From Cyanidioschyzon merolae (Eukaryota), in assembly GCA_000091205.1 (NCBI GenBank), contig AP006500.2: a stretch of DNA of 64,000 nucleotides; one strand, given 5' to 3'. A program made the translations under genes and the position numbers. Shown piece after piece: positions 1 through 10,479 of the stretch; the stretch's first letter is position 1; each line of letters starts with the position of its first letter. The notes beneath the pieces are model-generated. The model worked only from the letters and a program-made list of their open reading frames with translations, was not told the DNA's origin and ran no database searches.

Positions 1-330
1 TTATGCGGGCGTGGTGTGTTGGGCTTAAAGATAGTTGTTCTTTGATGAATAGTTTGTGACTAGTTTGCATCGCGCTCAGTGAGCGCACCTCGGAGATCAG
101 GCAGGCATGAGACACGACGCACATGCCGTTGTTGAAGGGGAACGTGATCCTGATCTCTAGCATGTAGATCTATTGTAAACGTTGTATTTTCGTTCAGGCC
201 ATAGCAACGTACAGTCTTTCAGTTCGATTGTGCTTCAAACCTCAAACAAGTCTAGTCAAGTGTTTTTTCGCAGTATATAACAGAAGGGTTCAAAGAGCGT
301 TCTTTCTCAAAAAACAAAAAAAGGAAAGCT

Positions 331-2761
331 ATGAAAAAGCAAGTGCACGATCCTGGAGGCCCAGTGTCGCCGGCTGCCAGAAAAAAACAAAAAACAGTGT
401 CGAGTCCAGAAGAAAAGGAAGAGAAGAAGGACCGAAAGGGGGATGCCCTACGTCGAAGGCGGCAAGAAAGACGACTGTACGACGAGATGGTGGTGAAAGC
501 CTTCCTTCTTGGACATATCAAGGATCCCTACAGGGAAAAGTTGCGAGACGCTATCGAAATACGTGTCGACTCGTACTCCAAGAGTATTGTCAAGGCGTTG
601 TCAGGACTGATGCATTTGGCGAGGGAGATGTATCGCGACGTGACGCACATGCAAACGGTCGAGATTCCAGACGATATCTTCGACAAGACGTTTATTCGCC
701 ACCTGATGCTTGGTACAGGGGAGATGCGGAGGGAAAATGAGCAGTACATGCCGTACACGAAAACTTCGCGCAATTCCGCTTCGAAGGTAATCGATACAGC
801 GGTGACGGAAATATTGACACATACGGAGTGAAAAAGTACATCACGAATCTGAAGAACCATCTGATCGTGAACCTCGAACGTTTCATGATACGCGCCGTAT
901 TTGGACTCTACCCGGGCATCTCTCGCTATGGGAAATGGGCGATTATCAACGGCATCACGAACGATCGCAAGCATGAAGATGAGGTCGAATTTGTTGACCA
1001 GAAGGCGTCAAAAGAGAGCACGAATGAAGCTGCTGTGATCCGTGCGGTTGGACAAGAGCATCGTGTGGTGCTCGGGCTGGTGCATCCAGCAGAAAAGGTA
1101 TAAGAGTTGAAAAAAGATAAGGAAAGATACGATTGTCTCCTCCTACGGTATTTCGTGTTTTTGGACCGTGAACTCGATCGCAAAGCGGAGATGAAGCTGA
1201 GTGAAGAGACAAATGGAGAGTGGGAGAGACGGAAGAATTTCCTAATGGGGAAGTGCTTCAACGTCGTTCCGTCATGCAATGCCAAGTCACATTTTGTTAC
1301 TATCGACTCCAGAATCCCTCACGGCATCATGAAGGAGATCAGTCCGGAGTTCAATGTTAACAGGGAGGAATTCTCCGGTGAAAACCGGATGACGTACTGG
1401 AAGAACATCTTCGATTTCAAACGCCTGAGAGTGAGCAAGCAAAAAGTGTTCACTGGGATAATCGAAACCGATGGAGTAGCCTTGTGTGTACACTATCGGC
1501 GGTTGAAGACAGATCAGCCAGTCCCTCCCTCGGCTGCGCCCATGACGAAGGATGAAGAAAACAAAGAGGCGGGTCCTGCAATGCAAGAGGTGGAGGACAA
1601 CGACTTTGTCGTTGGCGCGGCGGAGCATGAAGAAAACAAAGAGGAGAATCCTACGACTCAGTAGGTAGAGAATAACGACCTTGTCGTTGACGTAACGAAG
1701 GATGAAGATGAGAAGGAAGCGGACCCTGTGATGCAGGAGCTGAGGGGGAACGACCTCATCGTTGACGCGGCGAAGCATGAAGAAAACAAGAAGGCGGGCT
1801 CTGAGAAGCAGAAAGTGCAGGATAACGACTTTGCCGTTGGCGCTGACCCCGGAAACACAAATATCATAAGCATCGCAGCACCCACGCGCGCGGAAAATGG
1901 TACTCACGGTAACTTACGTCAGAAAGACATGCGTCTATTGAGGTTCTCGAGAGCGATATACAATCGATAATCGGGAATCATGAATGCGAGGAAGAAAATT
2001 GAGGCATGGAATGCAGGAATGGAGGATCACCTGGAAGCTATGAGCGAGGTGACGAGCTGCGGAGCGGACTTTGAAGCTTTTCGGAAATTCATGGAAGTTC
2101 ATAGTACCCATTGAGATGCGCTGTGGGAGGAGTATACAAAGCCCCGGTGGGCTCGTCTGCGTATGAATCTATACGGTGGGAGGCAGCGCGCATTCGCGAA
2201 TTTTTTCAATCAGTTGAGCTCCCTAAAGGAGGACGAGAGTCAGAGGCTCGTAGTAGCGTACGGAGCAGGGCGCTTGAAGACCCAAAAAAGGGGCTACGCC
2301 AGCTCCAACGACGAGAACGTACAAGGAGTGTGCACGGCGTTTTGTTACGATACCTGTAGATGAGTTTCGAGCATCCTATGCACACCGTGAACTGGGGTGT
2401 ACACTCCAGAGAGCGGAGATGGAAAAGTGCCAGAGGAGCCCTGAGGATATAAAAAAGTACGGACCGCTGACGGAGGAGCAAATGGAAAGGAGGGCAAAAG
2501 TGCGAGGGCAACTCGCGTTGGTGAGTACAACCCCCAAGCGGCAAGAAACGTATGGAGTTTGTGAACCGAGAATTTAACGCTGCCACCAATATCAGACGAT
2601 GTGCAGTGCTGGAGGAAAGACCTTCAAAGAAGACAAGAGTGAACTTTGTTGGACAACCTATCAAAGTCGAACTATATAAGAAAAAGTTGGAAGCAGTAGC
2701 AGGTAGCCTGTCCAAAAAGACCGGCAGGCGTCTACACTCCAGTTGGAGACTTCTTGTCTAG
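331..2761 (+). pseudogene. Fanzor/TnpB-like RuvC nuclease ORF interrupted by in-frame stops and frameshifts
   Basis: Frame +1 ORF 331-831 begins MKKQVHDPGGP. Frame 0 is readable from 828 to 2363 but carries in-frame stops at 1101 (TAA), 1662 (TAG), 1968 (TAA) and 2112 (TGA). There are frame changes near 830 and near 2335. The C-terminal RuvC-III region lies in frame +2 at 2552-2761. Confidence 0.6.
1500..1870 (+). repeat. Degenerate 75-80 bp internal tandem repeat (about 3.5 units) duplicating the RuvC-I coding segment
   Basis: Repeated peptides are [46 protein letters not shown] and [12 protein letters not shown]. Only the last unit keeps the GxDPG motif. Confidence 0.6.
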
Positions 2762-2833
2762 GCCGCGTTCGCCACTACTGTACACCGCTGGCGACAACGT
2801 TTTTCTTTTGAAAGGCGTTTGTTGTTGACGGTG

Positions 2834-4021
2834 ATGCCGGTTGTCGTGCTCTGCGGCTTGCCTCGAGCAGGCAAGTCAGCGCTGGCAAAGCGAATCGCTG
2901 AAGCAGCACCACCACACCTTAAACCAGTGACGATACTCTCAGATCGCGGCATAGAGGACTACGCTGAGCCGCAGCGCGAGAAGACTGCGCGCAGTCGTCT
3001 GCGTGCAGCCTTGGAGCGTGCACCTTACCGCGAACGTCTGGTGATCGTAGATGCTTGCAATCTCGTCTCTGGTTTTCGCTATGAGCTATGGTGCGTGACC
3101 CGCGTGCCCGCTGGAAAGCGTCAAGAGTCAATACCTCACGTGACAGTACTTATTAGAAGTAAGGCAGACGTTTCTGAAGTCTCCTGTGCTCATAGTCCGC
3201 CGGGATACCAGCGCTCCACTGCCGACCGGCCTTCGGCTGCAGCAGTGGGCCCAACGCGTCTTGTTGTCGAACCCGAACTGACGTCGCCGGAGAGGATCGG
3301 GCACGAGCCGCAAGCGAAAAGCGCCCGGTCGGCGAACGCAGATGCTTTGCGCTCTGTTCTGAACGGGCGATGTGAAGTGGCAGGTCCCAGACAACAGCCT
3401 CAAGCGGACAGCGACGTGGCAGCGAACATTGCCCGGGTACGAGAGCGCTTCGAATGGCCAGACCCGCAAGGCCAACGATGGGATCGACCGCTGTTCACCA
3501 TGTCATTGAAGGAGAGGGTTTGCTCGTACGAAACTCCGGATGGGTGCACGTTCTTCGAAGAAACGCAATGGGTCGCTTCCATCTATGATTGGATTTCAGG
3601 AGGCACTGCTCGGAAGGATTTCAAAACGACGTCACGAATGACGATCGCGACGCGTCAGACTCGCGTTCAATCCGCGGATAGCTACTTCGAAAGCGAGATC
3701 CGCAAAATCGAGGACGCTATTATCCAAGTGCTCTGCGCCGGAGATGAGGGCGAGCATCAACACCCCGGAACGGTGTATACGTACGACAAGTGTCCGCTTC
3801 GCCTTCCTGAATCGTACTTGCGACGGATTTTCCTGCTCGCGAATCAATCCAGTCGCCTGTATACGGTATCGCAAGATTTGCGTGCACATCGTCATCTCTT
3901 TGTACGTCGATATCAGAAACGACGGGTAGAGCAAGATTCGAGTGCTTCGGTGCAAGAGTTCATTCGGTCTCTGGAAGGATACCTTGAGCTGCGCGACCAA
4001 CAACGTCGTAGCGAACACTGA
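2834..4021 (+). CDS. KTI12: KTI12 homolog (Elongator-associated P-loop ATPase, PSTK-like)
   Basis: The protein starts MPVVVLCGLPRAGKS (P-loop, compare human MPLVVFCGLPYSGKS). It also has the LVIVDACNLVSGFRYELWCVTR and RWDRPLFTM motifs. The ATG is at 2834, inside the 2819-4021 ORF. Confidence 0.75.
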   Translation: MPVVVLCGLPRAGKSALAKRIAEAAPPHLKPVTILSDRGIEDYAEPQREKTARSRLRAALERAPYRERLVIVDACNLVSGFRYELWCVTRVPAGKRQESIPHVTVLIRSKADVSEVSCAHSPPGYQRSTADRPSAAAVGPTRLVVEPELTSPERIGHEPQAKSARSANADALRSVLNGRCEVAGPRQQPQADSDVAANIARVRERFEWPDPQGQRWDRPLFTMSLKERVCSYETPDGCTFFEETQWVASIYDWISGGTARKDFKTTSRMTIATRQTRVQSADSYFESEIRKIEDAIIQVLCAGDEGEHQHPGTVYTYDKCPLRLPESYLRRIFLLANQSSRLYTVSQDLRAHRHLFVRRYQKRRVEQDSSASVQEFIRSLEGYLELRDQQRRSEH

Positions 4022-6035
4022 AAACGACGCTGTCTACTACTGCTTAAGATGACAGCTACAGTTGTTAGCCAGCGGCGGCCGCAGGCTAAGAACGCGTCCT
4101 GGATGACAAAGGCATGAATAGCGCCAGAATCCATTGCCCAGGTCTAGGACGGAGGCAGTAGCGAGTCGCTCTGTTCGGGAGCACGCGCCTGCTCAGCGTC
4201 AGATCGCTGACGACAAGCGATGGACGCATACTATGACGACTCTGAACCTGCGCTCTCGTCGATGAGCCGGTGTGCTGCGGAGCGTCATTCGAGCAAGGAA
4301 CGGCGTCAGACAGGCGAGCATCATCAGTGCCTGAGGCGCGGCCATCGCTCGCAAACGAGTGCACTGTCGACAGCACTTGACGTTCCCGCACTAGGCATGC
4401 GAGTGCATACTATCGATCGAAAGCGGACACGTGCCCCAAGCATTAGACAGTGGACCCATTTTCGGCAAATGAACAGGGCAGTAATCTGTGTCAGTAATCA
4501 TAAGCAGATGGTATGGGAGGAGATATGGATGTAGGCGAAGTGGCGTCGCTTGGTACGCTCAGGGAAGCTTTCTTGCTAAGCGCATAGCACCTTGTTGCTG
4601 CGAAACGACACGTCTGCACAAAAGTCCCTGTATGTCGATTTTCTGCTGTTCGCAAGTCATGCGCTGTGGAAGCGCTGCCGACTCCTATGCATAGTGCTGA
4701 CACAGCTCTGCTGCACTACTCGCCGAGCGAGTGACGTGCCTGGGTTTACCTTGTGAAATCGTAGGTTCCGTTTCCTCGAACAAAAGCCTAGCACTCGATA
4801 CCGCTGTGCTTGCATGCGACTACGGCAAATCGTCTGTCTCAGGTACCGACACCCGTCGCGCAAGCGGAGACCCTCTTGGTCGACTAAATGATCCTGCAGC
4901 CCCCAAAACGACAACAACAGAACATGCGTTGCAGCGCAGACAAGACCGAGTCTAGGCGGATTCGCATTTGCTCTGTGCTACAAGCAGAAGACCCCTCCGA
5001 ATTCGAAATTTCGCTGCAGTTGCATTTCGGACGAGTCGGTTGAGCGGGTCTAATCAAAGCACCGAAAATAACTCGTGCGACATGGCCATGAGCGCAGCCT
5101 CAAGCTGGAGCGGTAGCCGTTCCTGGAACACCCATGTGGGCGACAACGATCAGCTTCCCTGGAGTCGGGTATACGCGCTTTCCCGACGGGAGAAGATTCG
5201 TATCTTGCCTCATCTATACTGTCTTGACATGCCGCCACACGGGCCTACTTCTTACCGGACCAATCGAGCGAATATGTGCAACCAAACGAATGCCATCGCA
5301 CAGCGAGACCACCAAGCAATCCATCACTTGAGAGGATCAGCTTGTCATGTTCTGGACGGCAGCCCGCAGCCATAACTTGCGTACTGCGACGACGGAAGCG
5401 ACGTGCTTGGTGGCACACGCTGCGTCCTATGGTGCCGCTCTCGGTTCCAAACAGACGCCGAGATATACCATCACGAAGCCCTGTTGCAGGACGTTCACAG
5501 GATGAGGCGGGTACAGCCTGCGCTTCCCACTCAGTCCAAGTCGGGGAACGATCCAGCGCATCTACAAGCCCAGCGAGACGACGTGTCGCAGCCGTCCGAG
5601 CCACTTTTTCTATATCCTCGGCAGGCTCATGCCTGGTGTTGGTACCGCTAAGCGAACCAACAGCTGACGTACTCGAGGAGCGTGTGCGCACACCAGGTCC
5701 AGTGCGGCTCGCTGCATCCGCAGATGACGATCCGAGCGCTTGCGTTCCAGAAAGTGTTCGTGGACGCGACGCTGACGCCGTCACCAACCGGACATCGTCG
5801 AGGACTTTTCGAATCTCTGACAAGTCCGTAGCATCGGACAGCGCGCTGCGGCGTGTGCGTCTCTATGGCGTTTCCGGCGGTGATATCACCGGCGTCGCCA
5901 GCCCTGCAGCCGGTGACGACTCCACATCCGAACTCGGGCACGCTGCCGCTGGTGCACTAGAGTTCCGACACCCGCCTGCGTGCGGCTGGGATAACGGGCA
6001 TATTCGACTTGTTAGTCCGCTCACGCGTTTTCAGT

Positions 6036-6418
6036 GCTGCTGCTGATCACTACTGATCTCTAATGACTGCTGTTGATTGCTACTGATCATTACTGATCAT
6101 TACTGATTGCTACTGATTGCTACTGATTGCTACTGATCGCTACTGATCGCTGCTGATTGCTGCTGATTGCTACTGATCATTACTGATTGCTACTGATCGC
6201 TACTGATTGCTACTGATCTCTACTGATTGCTACTGATTGCTACTGATCGCTACTGATTGCTACTGATCGCTACTGATCGCTGCTGATCTCTACTGATTGC
6301 TACTGGTCTCTACTGATTGCTACTGATCGCTACTGATTGCTACTGATTGCTACTGATTGCTACTGATCATTACTGATTGCTACTGATCATTACTGATCTC
6401 TACTGATCGCTGCTGATG
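6036..6418. repeat. Decamer minisatellite (tactgattgc and variants), about 38 units
   Basis: Direct visual tandem repetition. Variant units include tactgatcgc, tgctgattgc, tactgatcat and tactgatctc. Confidence 0.9.
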
Positions 6419-6420
6419 CG

Positions 6421-6450
<30 letters not shown>
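6421..6450. repeat. (GGC)n microsatellite, about 9 units
   Basis: gacggcggcggcggcggcggcggcggcggtacc lies directly after the decamer array. Confidence 0.9.
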
Positions 6451-6452
<2 letters not shown>

Positions 6453-6608
6453 ACCGAACGGCCTCGACGCCGTATTGGCTTCTGCGTAGAGGCAGCATTC
6501 TGTAAACGCCTTTGGGCAGTGTACGGTTTGGTTGCGCGGGTTCAATAACAGCACCAAAAGAGTTAGTTGACTTTTATAGGGGCTCTTAATTAGACGCCGA
6601 TAGAAGCT

Positions 6609-8492
6609 ATGAGCAACCCGAACAGGAGCTCGACGCTGGGAGGCGCGAGACAGGGAGGCGGCTTAGACTCGAGTCGCCGCCGGGGAAACAACGCAGTTCG
6701 TGGCGGGTCTCAGAACGTTGCTTCTGCTGTTGGTGCACAGCGCAGCGGAAGCACCACTGAGTCCGCTCGAGTTGTTGCTGATTCTTCGGAAGCGAGCTCG
6801 GAACCGGCACCGTTCGTGGGCGCACACCAACCAACAGAAGCGCCCAAGCGAGACTCGGAGGCGGGTACTGCTGACGAGGCACGTCGGGCAGCTTCCGCGA
6901 ATGCTGCGACGATGGCTTCACCCGACGATTTGGCAAGAGATATGGAAATGGCGCGCATCAACACGATATCACTGAAACGTGTGGAGTCTGAACCGGAGGT
7001 GGCGCCGCTAAAGCTCATGGACCAGCTCATTTTCAGCACCGAGGACGGTTACCGGCAGGCGGAACTGGAGCTTCTCGCGAGCGGCCGCTCGACCGGCGAA
7101 GCAGCTGAAAGTCCAATAACGCTACCTGACGTGCAGGCGGGTTCTTTTGGGGAGCGCCCCATGGACAAGGCTCGGGACGCCGTCTCCGAAACACCGACGG
7201 AGGCGCAGAGCTACCTGCGCGAAGAGGCTGCTGTTAGCCCGCGCACATCCAGTTCCGAACGAGAACGGGAGGAAAGCAACTGTGGACCGAAATGTCCCAA
7301 ACGCTACAGAATTGCACTGTTTGCATGGGAGTCGCTCTACTCGGTTGCGGTAGGCGGTGTTGCGCCGCACGTCACCGAACTCGCAGCAGGCCTAGAGCGT
7401 CGCGGCCACGAAGTTCACGTTTTCGTGAGGTCGGGTGCTGGCCAGGCCCCCTATGAGCGAATTGACGGTGTATACGTGCATCGTTGCAGCTTCGACTTGT
7501 CCCCGGACTTTGTGAAAGAGTGTGAGAATATGTGCAACTCATTTATGCACGCGATGTACGAAGTGGAGTGTTTCATGAATGCTCATTTCGATGTTATTCA
7601 CTGCCATGACTGGCTCACGGGGTTCGCTCTGACCAACGCGAAGCACATCCTTGGACGGCCTGTCTGCATATTCACCATCCATTCTACGGAGTATGGGCGT
7701 AGCGGCAATAATCACTACGGTGGCCAGTCGGCTCGTATTCGCGATATTGAGCAGGCCGCAATATCTGCCGCCGATCGTATTATCTGCGTCAGCGGTGTGC
7801 TTTGCGATGAGGTCAAAGCGGTATACTCTTTTGACTGGAACAAACTGCGCTGTGTCCACAATGGTATTAATGCGCTGCGTTACGACGGGAATTTGTGGGA
7901 TCCCGGAGAAGTCCGCGCGCGCTACGCGGTGGGCCCCCTGGATCCAATGGTGCTCTTCGTTGGGCGTATGGCAGTCCAGAAAGGACCAGACCTGCTGGTT
8001 GAAGCCGCTCCCTTCATCTTGAAGGCCCGTAGCGACACCAAATTCGTGATGGTCGGCGACGGCTACATGAAACCATCACTCGAGGCTCGCTGTCATCAAC
8101 TTGGTGTGGCACACGCTTTCCGCTGGACCGGCACCATGGGCGGAGCACCGCTGGTTGAGGTCTTCAAAGCTTGCGACGTGGTCTGCGTGCCGAGTCGAAA
8201 TGAGCCGTTCGGGATCGTTGTTCTCGAGGCTTGGGCGAGTGGAAAACCTGTCGTCGTCACAAAGAACGGCGGACCACGGGAGTTTGTCACTCATGAAGTG
8301 GAAGGATACCAGATTGACACCAGTCCGGACTCCATAGCTTGGGGAATATGCAAGTGTTTCGAAAACTTCGATCATTCGAGGTTCATGGGCGAGCAGGGTC
8401 GCAAGAAAGCACAAAGGGAGTTTAGCTGGGATCGCATTGCGGAACTCACGAATAACGTCTACGATGAGTTGTTGCTCACACGCCCGTATTAA
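6609..8492 (+). CDS. GT4-family (group 1) glycosyltransferase with a long low-complexity N-terminal region
   Basis: A 627-aa ORF. The N-terminal Rossmann half reads RIALFAWESLYSVAVGGVAPHVTELAAGLERRGHEVHVF. The C-terminal half carries the EPFGIVVLEAWASGKPVVVTKNGGPREFV (E-x7-E) motif. It ends with TAA. Confidence 0.75.
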   Translation: MSNPNRSSTLGGARQGGGLDSSRRRGNNAVRGGSQNVASAVGAQRSGSTTESARVVADSSEASSEPAPFVGAHQPTEAPKRDSEAGTADEARRAASANAATMASPDDLARDMEMARINTISLKRVESEPEVAPLKLMDQLIFSTEDGYRQAELELLASGRSTGEAAESPITLPDVQAGSFGERPMDKARDAVSETPTEAQSYLREEAAVSPRTSSSEREREESNCGPKCPKRYRIALFAWESLYSVAVGGVAPHVTELAAGLERRGHEVHVFVRSGAGQAPYERIDGVYVHRCSFDLSPDFVKECENMCNSFMHAMYEVECFMNAHFDVIHCHDWLTGFALTNAKHILGRPVCIFTIHSTEYGRSGNNHYGGQSARIRDIEQAAISAADRIICVSGVLCDEVKAVYSFDWNKLRCVHNGINALRYDGNLWDPGEVRARYAVGPLDPMVLFVGRMAVQKGPDLLVEAAPFILKARSDTKFVMVGDGYMKPSLEARCHQLGVAHAFRWTGTMGGAPLVEVFKACDVVCVPSRNEPFGIVVLEAWASGKPVVVTKNGGPREFVTHEVEGYQIDTSPDSIAWGICKCFENFDHSRFMGEQGRKKAQREFSWDRIAELTNNVYDELLLTRPY

Positions 8493-10479
8493 CAACACAG
8501 CATCAATGCCCTGGTGCACGAGTCGCGAAACTAGACTCGGACGTGAAGTTGACGTGTCGGAACACTCGTGTCGACCAGACGTTGTTCTCGAATCGTCATG
8601 CGCTTCGGTTTCATCGGTAGCGGGCGCACTGCTTCCAGGGCGCTTTGCCTACAAGCACATATTCATCGCGCTTCGCTGACGACAGGCAAACGCATGGCAC
8701 GAAAGCGGTTCCAAGAGATCCGGTCTGAGGGTGACGGTTCCGGCCTAGTGTGTCACCATCTTTTGCATGACCATGCCGATTCATCATGACCGCTGCTTTG
8801 CCCGAGTGTGCAGCGTTCAAGGGACTGCTCAAGTGCTAGAGCAGGTAAAGACCCGCTGTGGGGTATCGCTACAGTAAAGAGGTTCGTTCCTTCGCGGATG
8901 CGTTCGTGCAGCTGGCAGGGATGAAGCGCGGTTGACGCTTTCGTTTTGTATCACGTTCGCAGATAGAGGAATCGTCCACGATTCCGTGTTACAAGCCTGT
9001 GCTGGTATTTTCCGTGAATTCTGGAAAGCGGGCGTCCCAGGAACCGTAAGATGAAAGTCCAGGCCAACTCAAGAGAACCGATGAGCGTCTCGTGCAACGG
9101 GAAGCACCAAGCATTTTCAAGCGCCCGAGCACCGCTTATCTCCCGGAGTCGTCGAGCGCTTCGACACTGGCTTTCGGTGACGTCTCTGACAATCGTCCGC
9201 GGGAAGCGACACTGGCCTGGCACCGCGTCTGGTGTCGACGATATTCACGAACTGCTTCCGCTCCCGAGAAGCGTGCACTTGAGCCTCCCCGTGGGATCCG
9301 CAGCGTGCTTCGGCGGTTCCTCGAAAGGTCCGTAGCGCTCGAGCTCGAGCCCCAAGCTTCGAAAAGCGCCTGACATTCCTCGTATGCACTCCAGAGGTAG
9401 CCTGTGATCCAGTTCGGCGTTGCTTGGCGTTCAGCTGCTGTCGTCGATGATGGTTGCACGGTCGCAAAGCCGCGGCATGGTAGGCGCACCTGGGGTCTCT
9501 CTCAGAGCGACGCTCGTCTCGCCAAGTAGGCATGCAACAACACCAGTTGTCATCGTCGTGGTCTGTGGTGTAGCTGTGCAAACCTGCTGAGCTCAGTGAC
9601 GCTAACTTGCCGGTGCCCGTCCATAGAAGTGGTGCATCGTCTGCCCTAGACAGTATACAGAGAGCAGTAGTGCGTGGCGGAGCACCAGCACCAGCACCAG
9701 CACCAGCACGCCTTTTTTGCTGTTGTTTCTTGTATCTTGCCGGCATTCAACATGAGCATTGTAAGCTTTAGACTGGAGAGCGATCGCAGAGAGATTTCAT
9801 GCTGTCATTGCTAGCTTGTGGACAACGACCCTATCAAGTCAGTCATTTTATGGTCGCAGGTCGATAAACCGCCCATCTCATCGTACTTATCCTGATTGTC
9901 ATGCGTTCAAACCCGACGTTATCAGAATCTTTTCGTACCACTAGCTCCTCGCGAATCCATTCCAGTGCAAAAGTTCTCTGAGAGAAACTGCGAGAGACGG
10001 GAAAAAATGTCGAGTTTCTGTACCATGGATACGAACGGTGTCGAAGAGCCACTGATGGACACAGGGGAACGTGCGCTTCCGCGGGAGACCGTCGCCCACG
10101 GAAACACATGCGGTTGATGTCGTATGGTAACGCAAACGCTTGTTCCAGGAGCGACGAGTGTCCTTCTCAAACGGTGAGAAATCACCCGAGAGAAGTGGTT
10201 GACCTGAGCATCCATACTCAACGTGCGTAAACCCGGTGTTCTTAAACAAGAGACAAGTGATTATTCCAACAAGATCAGCCCGGCGGCGATACTATCGTGA
10301 CCTCGCCTACCAGTCGCCAAAAAGACAGCACCGTCGACCAGCTCAGCCTTCGTCGGGGGCACGCATCGTGGCCTCTCCTTTCGACATTCTTCTGTGCTGG
10401 TCTTAGGAAACGTCGCTTTCCATCCCTCGAACGCGGTCGAAGAGTAGGCGGCTGACATTGGCGTGGAGCCGCTCTTCGT

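Larger units (their letters stand above)
222..2761 (+). mobile_element. Fanzor-like (eukaryotic TnpB/OMEGA) transposon-associated element, full-length copy, coding capacity decayed
   Basis: The 5' end, the start of the ORF and the 3' end are shared with three shorter copies at 14349, 27163 and 40919. The encoded protein has a basic NLS-like N-terminus, a RuvC-I motif [12 protein letters not shown] (GxDPG), a RuvC-II VDEFRAS motif and a RuvC-III EFVNREFNAATNI motif. Confidence 0.7.

Noticed and set aside
1-30. Similarity between the window start (ttatgcgggcgtgg) and 37283 (ttatgcgggcatgg)
   Set aside because: Only about 14 nt match and there is no extended alignment. It is likely chance.
828-1103. 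ORF-track start codons at 828, 1107, 2111, 2819, 53874, 55891 and 62511 as true initiation sites
   Set aside because: These are GTG or TTG codons rendered as M by the ORF finder. Real ATGs were located downstream at 2834, 53862, 55921 and 62517, or the ORF is an internal continuation of a disrupted reading frame.
222-2761. Interpretation as a bacterial IS200/IS605 TnpB from contaminating prokaryotic DNA
   Set aside because: Flanking genes are eukaryotic (NF-YB with spliceosomal introns, KTI12, NAF1, RRP7). The RuvC-I motif is the GxDPG form typical of eukaryotic Fanzors, and the N-terminus is NLS-like basic. No TnpA Y1 transposase is adjacent.
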